This document shows, piece by piece, positions 57,155 to 64,000 of a stretch of 64,000 bases of DNA; position 1 is the first letter of the stretch; each line of letters starts with the position of its first letter. This stretch comes from Nitrososphaerota archaeon. Lineage in GTDB: Archaea > Thermoproteota > Nitrososphaeria_A > Caldarchaeales > Calditenuaceae. Made by a program: the position numbers and the translations under genes. The notes beneath the pieces are model-generated. The model was not told the DNA's origin, did no database searches, and was given only the letters and a program-made list of their open reading frames with translations. The stretch lies in assembly GCA_038845265.1 (NCBI GenBank), contig JAWBQR010000003.1, positions 32,001-96,000 on the forward strand, given 5' to 3'.

Positions 57155-57965
57155 CGCCAAAGACACCCCCAAGAACACCAAGAGCAGAAGAAGAAAAAAC
57201 CACAAGCCTACCAGGATGACCTCCAGGCGCCAAATGAAGAACACTCAAATCCCTCACATCAACAACCTCAACGCCGGGAACACTCCCAGCAGCCCTAGAT
57301 ATGCCCTCATCACGAGAAACAACAATTAGAGGACCAACACGACGCTTATACCTCCTTCCCCTCCGCTTGCCCTTACCAGACCTCACCTTCCTCTCCCTGC
57401 ACCTCTCCAACTCTTCTCCAAGCCCAAGACGCACCAAGAAGTCGACCAAGTCCTTCGCCCTCGAGACACGCTCAATCTCATCCACAACAACGATCGGAAC
57501 ATCCAGGCCATCCGGGACTCGATGCCCCCTCTTCCTAACCCATTCAAGATTAGCAGTAAATGCAAGCGCAGAAAAAAGCGCCGACCTCCTCTCCTTATCA
57601 TTCACATCCTTATGAATCCGCTTCTCAGGAACAGGAGGATGCGTCGGCCTCCCACCGACCGCAGTAGGGACAAACCCACCCGCATTACTCTTACCCGTAC
57701 CAGTCACCCTCAGCCTAGAAATCCTCGCCAAGCCATAACCAGCACCAAGAGACTCAACAGAATACTTATGCCCAGAACCCCTCCACGCACCTTTAGGCTG
57801 AACCCGATGAGAAAAGAGAGCATTAAAGACCCTCTGCACAAGCAATGGCCTAAGAGGAGCATTAAAGACCCGGGGAAGAATCGTCCTGCCCTTCTCCACC
57901 CCATCTAAGCCGTAGACCCTGACCTCTCTCGGCTCAGAGACGCTGATACGCGTTAAGATACTCAT
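57144..57965 (-). CDS. rpl4: 50S ribosomal protein L4
   Basis: [36 protein letters not shown]. Confidence 0.95.
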   Translation of the reverse strand: MSILTRISVSEPREVRVYGLDGVEKGRTILPRVFNAPLRPLLVQRVFNALFSHRVQPKGAWRGSGHKYSVESLGAGYGLARISRLRVTGTGKSNAGGFVPTAVGGRPTHPPVPEKRIHKDVNDKERRSALFSALAFTANLEWVRKRGHRVPDGLDVPIVVVDEIERVSRAKDLVDFLVRLGLGEELERCRERKVRSGKGKRRGRRYKRRVGPLIVVSRDEGISRAAGSVPGVEVVDVRDLSVLHLAPGGHPGRLVVFSSSALGVLGGVFGVEA

Positions 57966-58960
57966 GATGCAAGCACCTCTCCTCCATAAATGTACGAGAC
58001 GATCTTTGGCGGACTCACCGAATGGCTGGGTGGCTTCGCAGGCATCCTGAGCACAACCGGTCTCTTAGGAGTGCCGAAAACTGATCCAAGTACCACGATG
58101 CATGGGGACTTCAGAACTGTGAAGTGCTTGAACCCGCCGCTCGGAGTCAGCTTGGCGCCGTCGTCAATCACGGCCATCACTCTTTTGTTGAACTCTGTTC
58201 TCCTATGATAACCCATCTGCCCAGCACGGGGGACAAATCTGGTGACATAAGTAGGTTTCCGCCCACCGATTGCGCCGACCGCTCTACGAGTCTTTCTCTG
58301 CTTTCTTGGGAGAATCTTAACGCCAAATCTCTTTACAACGCCCTCGAATCCATGTCCCTTTGTGACGCCTATGACGTCTACGTATAATCCAGGAGTAAAC
58401 ACTTCTGAGGCACTTATCTTACTCCCAAGCTTAGACATAACGTATTCAAGGGCTGAACGTACCTCTCCACCGACCTTGATTTCAAGGAGGAATGGGCGTT
58501 TCTGTGATAAGCCCGCCTCGCTTGGGAATGATGCGACAATTGCTCTTACCTCTACTGCCTTGTCAAGTAGGCTTTTAATCTCTTCTTTACCAGCGCCGGG
58601 AGATATGCCCCTGACTTTCTTGAGTAATGCTTCTGGCAGATTATCTGCATACATTCTTCCAAGCTCGATTAGATTGCCGTTTTCCTCGCCCATTAAGACC
58701 ACGCCTATGATGTACATTGGTGGTGCAGCCAAGACAGTCGCAGCCGTCTGCACCTCAGTTCCGAATGTAGGAGAGCCTGGCAGATCATCTACATAATGCA
58801 AAGTTAACGTACCTGCTTTATATGCAATGAATCCCATTAGCCCCTTTACACCATCTCTACTTGGCCAGTACCTTACGCTTGGAAGCAGTTCTTTAGCCCT
58901 CTTCCTCGGGCTATATGCTAATGACCCATGCCTCGGTGCCGAGTATTTCCTATGTCCCAT
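57962..58960 (-). CDS. rpl3: 50S ribosomal protein L3
   Basis: MGHRKYSAPRHGSL, YKAG, TKGHGFEGVVKRFG, RAGQMGYHRRTE. Confidence 0.96.
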   Translation of the reverse strand: MGHRKYSAPRHGSLAYSPRKRAKELLPSVRYWPSRDGVKGLMGFIAYKAGTLTLHYVDDLPGSPTFGTEVQTAATVLAAPPMYIIGVVLMGEENGNLIELGRMYADNLPEALLKKVRGISPGAGKEEIKSLLDKAVEVRAIVASFPSEAGLSQKRPFLLEIKVGGEVRSALEYVMSKLGSKISASEVFTPGLYVDVIGVTKGHGFEGVVKRFGVKILPRKQRKTRRAVGAIGGRKPTYVTRFVPRAGQMGYHRRTEFNKRVMAVIDDGAKLTPSGGFKHFTVLKSPCIVVLGSVFGTPKRPVVLRMPAKPPSHSVSPPKIVSYIYGGEVLAS

Positions 58961-59169
58961 CCAGCATCACTATGATTAGCTGAGAGCAAAAGTTCTTTCA
59001 AAGTTATAAACCTAATCTATAGTGATGACTGGGACGAATAGTGAGGATTAGTGAGCTATGCCTGGTTTTTATTTGTGTAATTATTTAGTGTGAATAGTTT
59101 CTCTTTCTTATAAGTCTTTTTGTTGAGAAAACTAAATTAGCAGAGCAAGAGATGAATAATTTTGGTTAG

Positions 59170-59457
59170 ATGTCTGAGCAGACTCAAAGGACCACCATCG
59201 TCAGATTAGTATTAGATGTATTAAAGCCCCATAATCCAAACATTATTGATTTCAGTAGAAGTATTGCCCAAATCAGAGGAATAAGAAGAGTAGATGCATC
59301 GGTTATAGAGGTTGATGTGGAGACGGAGACAATTAAATTGATAATAGAAGGAAGTGAATTAGATGTCTCAAAAATCGAGGAGGTAATTAAAAAATTGGGA
59401 GCAGCAATTCATAGCATAGATGCTGTAGTAATAGAGAAATCTGATGTAAAGAAATGA
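59170..59457 (+). CDS. DUF211 family protein
   Basis: RLVLDVLKPH.P, GAAIHSID. Confidence 0.9.
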   Translation: MSEQTQRTTIVRLVLDVLKPHNPNIIDFSRSIAQIRGIRRVDASVIEVDVETETIKLIIEGSELDVSKIEEVIKKLGAAIHSIDAVVIEKSDVKK

Positions 59458-59471
59458 TGTGGATACTTTAA

Positions 59472-60074
59472 ATGTTGTTAGAGAAACTTGTTCGTCGCAT
59501 CAGGTTGATAATGAGTCTGACGGAAACAAGTGGAATAGCTAGACGTTACTTTGCACTTAATGCTTTCGATGGCGCGCTGATCGGACTGGGCGCAATCTTT
59601 GGTTTTTATATTTCGGGGATGTATGACTACAGAGTAGTCCTTTTGACAATAATGGCGATAGCTGTTGGGTCGGCAATCTCTGGTTTTTCCGGTGCCTTTA
59701 TATCAGAAAAACTTGAGCAAGAGGCTAGGGTAAAGCGACTTGAGGAGGCCATTCTTACTAATCTTAAGGATAGCATTCATTACCAAGCAAGTTTAACAAG
59801 TTCTATTATAGTTTCCATAATTAATGGTGTTAGTTCATTGATTTCTATTTTTAGTGTCTCTGCTCCATATGTTATTTGTATCTACTTATCACTAAGTGAG
59901 GTTGTTGGAATATTAAGCTCCATAACGGCATTTTTTGCCGTGCTAACCATATTGGGATATTTTTTCGGAAGAGAACTGAAGATAAGGACGATAAGTGTTG
60001 TTTCAAGAATTTTATTAGTTGGAATAGTAGCAATAGTTATTTACTTTTTAATTGAGTTAGTATTTCGGCTTTAG
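59472..60074 (+). CDS. VIT1/CCC1-family membrane protein (TIGR00267-like)
   Basis: RRYFALNAFDGAL, SGFSGAFISE, LEEAILTNL; usual partner of DUF211. Confidence 0.8.
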   Translation: MLLEKLVRRIRLIMSLTETSGIARRYFALNAFDGALIGLGAIFGFYISGMYDYRVVLLTIMAIAVGSAISGFSGAFISEKLEQEARVKRLEEAILTNLKDSIHYQASLTSSIIVSIINGVSSLISIFSVSAPYVICIYLSLSEVVGILSSITAFFAVLTILGYFFGRELKIRTISVVSRILLVGIVAIVIYFLIELVFRL

Positions 60075-61088
60075 GCTCAATAATTCTTCTGGCCGATGTA
60101 TTCCCACTTCCGTTATTATTCTTGTAATGAGTTCGGGTGGAGTTATGTCGAATGCATAATTTATAGCTCTTGCCTTTCGTGGTGTTATTCTTTTTCCAGC
60201 AAAATATAAAACTTCATTTGGATTACGTTCTTCTATGATGACCTCATCTATGGTTTTATCAAAATCTATTGTACTTGTTGGGGCTGCTACGTAGAGTGGG
60301 ATTTTGTAGTAGTTAGCGGATATTGCTAATTCTAATGTACCTACCTTGTTTATAACGTGTCCTGTCTTAGCAATAATTCTGTCTGCTCCTACGACTATGC
60401 AGTTCACAAGGCCTCTACTCATAAGAAATGGCGCCATGTTATCTGTTATGACCCTATATTCTATTTTGGCGGTTTCTAGCTCATATGCAGTCAGACGCGC
60501 ACCCTGCAGCTTAGGCCTAGTCTCCGGCACGATGACTGATATTTTCTTTCCCATCTCTACTGCTGCTTTTATCACGCCCAATGCTGTCCCGTACCCAGCA
60601 GTTGCTAGAGCACCTGCATTGCAGTAGGTCATGACCACCCCCCTATCAGGTAAAAGCCTAGCCCCGTTCTGACCAATTTTTCGATTCATCTCAACATCCT
60701 CCATAGATATTTTTTCCGCCTCCAACAATACTGTTTTAGCTACATCATCGTTCTTTATCCATGCTGATTCCGCGGCTTTGAGCACTCTATCAATGGCCCA
60801 ATATAGATTAACCGCTGTGGGTCTTGTCTTTCTTAAAATATTCGCTGCCTTTTGGAGTGATTTGAGTACGTCTTTCTTATTTTTTCTAGCATGGACTGCT
60901 GCAAGGGCTAATCCATATGCAGCGGCTACTCCAATCGCTGGAGCACCTCTCACCGTCATGTCTCTTATGGCCTTTGCGACTTCAAGATAATTTTTACATC
61001 TCACATATCTCAGCTTATGCGGAAGTACCTTTTGATCTATTAGGTATAGTGAGTTATTCCGCCAGTATAAGGTTCTTAGCTCTCTCAA
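60057..61088 (-). CDS. mtnA: S-methyl-5-thioribose-1-phosphate isomerase
   Basis: VRGAPAIG, RPTAVNL, CNAGALAT.GYGTALG, ETRPKLQGARLT, GADRI, FDITP. Confidence 0.9.
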   Translation of the reverse strand: MRELRTLYWRNNSLYLIDQKVLPHKLRYVRCKNYLEVAKAIRDMTVRGAPAIGVAAAYGLALAAVHARKNKKDVLKSLQKAANILRKTRPTAVNLYWAIDRVLKAAESAWIKNDDVAKTVLLEAEKISMEDVEMNRKIGQNGARLLPDRGVVMTYCNAGALATAGYGTALGVIKAAVEMGKKISVIVPETRPKLQGARLTAYELETAKIEYRVITDNMAPFLMSRGLVNCIVVGADRIIAKTGHVINKVGTLELAISANYYKIPLYVAAPTSTIDFDKTIDEVIIEERNPNEVLYFAGKRITPRKARAINYAFDITPPELITRIITEVGIHRPEELLSLKPKY

Positions 61089-61120
61089 TTCAATTATGTG
61101 TTTAATGAGCGAAATTTAAG

Positions 61121-62098
61121 CTATAGCCCGTACTCGCTAAGGATGTCTGATACACATATTGCTTTCTTTGTATTTATTGATTGGAGGATGGCCTCCGCCA
61201 CAGCCGTGGCCCTAGCACCTTCTAGACACCCCGGAGATAAATCCTCGTTTTTTCTTAAAGAGGCTACAAAATATTTCAACTCGTTTTTTAGAGGTTCTGA
61301 GTTTGGCGTCATTGGCATATAAGTTCCCTCCGATTTTTCTATGACTACCTCTCGACTTAGAAATTCTAAGTGAATTACACCTTCGGTCCCCGTGATTCGG
61401 AGGTCTCTTTTTTTCCGTGGCGTCAGCCAGTTAGCCTCAATGATGGCAGATCTCTCCTCCTTAAAGGTGATTAATGCCTGTATATAGTCTTCGTTAGAAT
61501 GTCTCAGAGAGCCTCCAGCAGCGTATACAAAGATGGGCTGAGGACCGAAAAAATACATCGATAAGTCGATATCATGTATTGATGTATCCTTTAATACTCC
61601 AATATCACCAATTCTCTCTGGCCATGGGCCGATTCTCCGTCCATAGATAAGTAGTGGTCTTCCAATTATACCACTCTCTAAAGAATCTTTTGCGACCTCC
61701 ACTGCAGGATTAAATCTCTCTATAAATCCAACCATAAGACGCCTACCAGACGATTTAACAGCATCGATGACTCTGATTGATTCATTAAGCGAGGATGCCA
61801 TCGGCTTCTCCACAAATACGTCCTTACCCATCAACAGTGCATTAATGCTGATCTCGGCATGGGTGTTGGAAGGGGTACAAATTGTCACCGCGTCTACATC
61901 ATCGCTCCGAAGGATGTCAAGATAGTTCTGAAATATTTTTGACACACCATATCTCTTAGCAATGTTTTTTGCACGTTCAAGATTTATATCGCACACCGCA
62001 GTCAAAGTAGCTCCCTCAAGCTCGGAAATTACCCTCGCATGATTAGCGCCCCAAAAACCTGTCCCAATGATGCCTATCCTGATGGGGCCGCTGTCCAT
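61121..62098 (-). CDS. Gfo/Idh/MocA oxidoreductase (nucleotide-sugar 3-dehydrogenase-like)
   Basis: GTGFWG..H, VEKPMA, GFIERFNPAV, D.SIHDID, NWLTP.K.R. Confidence 0.85.
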   Translation of the reverse strand: MDSGPIRIGIIGTGFWGANHARVISELEGATLTAVCDINLERAKNIAKRYGVSKIFQNYLDILRSDDVDAVTICTPSNTHAEISINALLMGKDVFVEKPMASSLNESIRVIDAVKSSGRRLMVGFIERFNPAVEVAKDSLESGIIGRPLLIYGRRIGPWPERIGDIGVLKDTSIHDIDLSMYFFGPQPIFVYAAGGSLRHSNEDYIQALITFKEERSAIIEANWLTPRKKRDLRITGTEGVIHLEFLSREVVIEKSEGTYMPMTPNSEPLKNELKYFVASLRKNEDLSPGCLEGARATAVAEAILQSINTKKAICVSDILSEYGL

Positions 62099-62101
62099 TT
62101 T

Positions 62102-63226
62102 TTACTCACCAACTCCTACGTAGTCGCAGAGATTAATCACTACGACGCTCTTCCCCATAATAGACTTTACAGTATTTGCTACATATTTATTCCTAGTCGT
62201 TAATAAGACCACATCACATTTACCAGCATATGTCTTTATTCTTTCTTCAAACACCTCGGGCTTTGACCTTTGAAGTTGATGAATCACAAACTTCCTTGAA
62301 GAGAGCTCGCTCAATATTTTCAATCCATCCCCGACCACGAGTATTCTAAGCCTCTCCCTGCCTTTTCTAAGCCCATCCAGCAAATTTATGAGGTCCATCT
62401 CAGCCATCCTTGACATTCTATGAAGAGTCCGCATGATGCCTTTTCCCATCAAGAAATTTGACTCAACACTATCAATTATTTTGAGAACTGGATGCCCACG
62501 CCTCGCTATAAAAGAAAGCCTAACACCCCTACCAAGAAGACCCTTCAAGACTGCCTTAGGTGAGACCGATAATCTCCTAGTCAATAGGAGACTCTCGACT
62601 GTAGAAATTTCTATAGATAATTTCCTAATAAGTAGACTAATTGACGCGATCTCAGCCTCCAAGAGACTTAGACCGGAGACTATTCGTTTTCCATCAACAA
62701 TAGCCCTTACAATCTGAGCAGAACCCTTTGTTAGCCTCCCACCGACCGGTATACGGCCATCCAGCAGCAACGGCAATGGAAGATAAAGGAGAGTCCCGCC
62801 AGACGATGCGTCAAGATCAACCTCTCTCGTGACGAATTTAAAGAGTCTATCCATGAAGCCGGGAAAAGTAAGCCCAGTAACTATAATGGTCCCCCCTCTA
62901 TGAAAATTCTTTGCAACACTTTGGACCAGTCTTAACACGTCCATGTCTTTAAGATCGTTTCTCAACCCAGCCACGTATGAAATCAATAATGTCCCAGTTG
63001 TCCCAGCATCAATGTATCTGTTTGACTGTCTAAGTCTATTGCTATTTATTGAGTCCGCGATAAGCCTCACATAAGCAGGACTCAAGCATCTTTCCGCTAG
63101 ACGCGTTATTCTATATTCTCCACCTATAGAGTAGTACGTAACAGTGAAATCTTTCTTCAATAGCTTTATGGTTGGATATATCCCAGCACCATCAATATCT
63201 AATACCTCGACCACTCTTCTCTTCAT
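62102..63226 (-). CDS. Highly divergent UDP-glucose/UDP-ManNAc dehydrogenase-fold protein
   Basis: Residual pattern TIIVTGLTFPG, LLYLP, PVGG, EAEIASI...VSPKAVL; ATG 63226 overlaps the upstream stop (ATGA). Confidence 0.45.
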   Translation of the reverse strand: MKRRVVEVLDIDGAGIYPTIKLLKKDFTVTYYSIGGEYRITRLAERCLSPAYVRLIADSINSNRLRQSNRYIDAGTTGTLLISYVAGLRNDLKDMDVLRLVQSVAKNFHRGGTIIVTGLTFPGFMDRLFKFVTREVDLDASSGGTLLYLPLPLLLDGRIPVGGRLTKGSAQIVRAIVDGKRIVSGLSLLEAEIASISLLIRKLSIEISTVESLLLTRRLSVSPKAVLKGLLGRGVRLSFIARRGHPVLKIIDSVESNFLMGKGIMRTLHRMSRMAEMDLINLLDGLRKGRERLRILVVGDGLKILSELSSRKFVIHQLQRSKPEVFEERIKTYAGKCDVVLLTTRNKYVANTVKSIMGKSVVVINLCDYVGVGE

Positions 63227-63459
63227 TTCTCTCTCCTCGTTAAAACTCTGTAAAACCAGTAGTAAGCGAGCGCAGCCCACCAGGCAAGCCATAATCCAAA
63301 CAGCAACAGCGATGCAGCGACCCTCATTATGCTTGCCATTAGGTTTTCATAGACACCGCTAATTATTGGAAGAACGATAAAGCCGATAACTGCCAAGACA
63401 GCGATGAATGAGACCCAAATGATCGATATAAGGAGAATCGTGAAAAAGAGCGTTCTCAA
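63223..63459 (-). CDS. Small two-TM hypothetical protein
   Basis: 78 aa, two hydrophobic helices, tightly packed in the operon. Confidence 0.6.
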   Translation of the reverse strand: MRTLFFTILLISIIWVSFIAVLAVIGFIVLPIISGVYENLMASIMRVAASLLLFGLWLAWWAALAYYWFYRVLTRREK

Positions 63460-63463
63460 AGAG

Positions 63464-64000
63464 TCAAACCACCTGGTCGATGAACTGAGTCAAGACGGCA
63501 AGTATCGAGGAGTATAAGCAGACTATTCCCATGTAGATGGCGATCTGAACCTCGCTTCTAGGCCTATCAGCTGCAAGCATTCTGACTAATGTGAGAGGAG
63601 CGGCTGGGCTTAGATTTGACAATATTAAGTTGCCTGAGACCTTAATAGGTCTAGTAATGACTTGTTTACCTGATTTAAGGCCCCTCAATGAGACAAGGAC
63701 ATAAAACTCATTCATTATATGTGGAATTAAGGCAATGATTGCCACTACTTCAAGCCTAGAGGTGATAGCGATTCCAGCAATAACCGCTCCTATCAAGTTG
63801 CTGCCAGCGTTTCCACTAAATGCCCTCGCAGGGCACCAGTTGTATTTCAGGAAACCCAGCATAGAGGCGACAAGAATCATTGCCATCAATGAGACATCTG
63901 TTTTATTATTCATTATTGATAGTCCTGCCAACGTTAATAGTGGTGGAAGACTTGTAAGGACAAGTGATCCGTTGACGACGTCTAGACTATTAACAGCGTT
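63464..64000 (-). CDS. MraY/GPT-family glycosyltransferase (AglH-like GlcNAc-1-P transferase), 5' part beyond the window
   Basis: Frame open to the window edge: NAVNSLDVVNG...FLKYNWCPARAFSGNAG...PLTLVRML..E. Confidence 0.75.
   Translation of the reverse strand, partial: NAVNSLDVVNGSLVLTSLPPLLTLAGLSIMNNKTDVSLMAMILVASMLGFLKYNWCPARAFSGNAGSNLIGAVIAGIAITSRLEVVAIIALIPHIMNEFYVLVSLRGLKSGKQVITRPIKVSGNLILSNLSPAAPLTLVRMLAADRPRSEVQIAIYMGIVCLYSSILAVLTQFIDQVV

Noticed and set aside
56261-57298. 345-aa plus-strand ORF rich in Thr/Asn/His/Pro
   Set aside because: Antisense to rpl2/rpl23/rpl4; stops are scarce only because this strand is T-poor.
59022-59070. GTGATGA resembling a C/D-box sRNA C box
   Set aside because: No CTGA D box at a suitable distance and no recognisable guide target.
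63800-63830. FSGNAG in place of the usual FxGD motif in the MraY/GPT protein
   Set aside because: I recall Asn variants in some archaeal homologs and the gene is incomplete here, so inactivation cannot be claimed.

Overview
Gene-dense chromosomal segment of a (hyper)thermophilic archaeon. It carries reverse gyrase, TiaS, Dph6, aIF-2beta, A/V-type ATPase B and D, archaeal L3-L4-L23-L2 and an intron-containing tRNA-Tyr. A TACK lineage such as Caldarchaeales/Aigarchaeota is plausible, but that placement is inference. About 70 CDS, mostly housekeeping and metabolic, and 4 tRNAs (Arg-GCG, Tyr-GTA with intron, Thr-CGT, Leu-GAG). I found no CRISPR array, rRNA, integrase or transposase. Three small genes missed by the ORF track were read by hand (46-aa helical protein after atpD, 38-aa TM peptide, 48-aa YHS protein), plus a partial site-2 protease at the left edge. 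Best leads: (1) a gnd / F420-dependent G6P dehydrogenase-like / cyclase-family hydrolase / tandem-PHI cluster that could be an F420-linked oxidative pentose phosphate pathway; (2) an AEP primase-polymerase-like protein fused to an unassigned domain, beside a sharp AC-to-GT strand-skew flip; (3) a stand-alone AglB/STT3 C-terminal (WWDYG) protein; (4) a dedicated ECF transporter with an unassigned S-component, an extra 2-TM protein and a 5-FCL paralog; (5) several apparent pseudoenzymes and strong compositional patches. All family calls come from motif recognition by eye; no database search was run.
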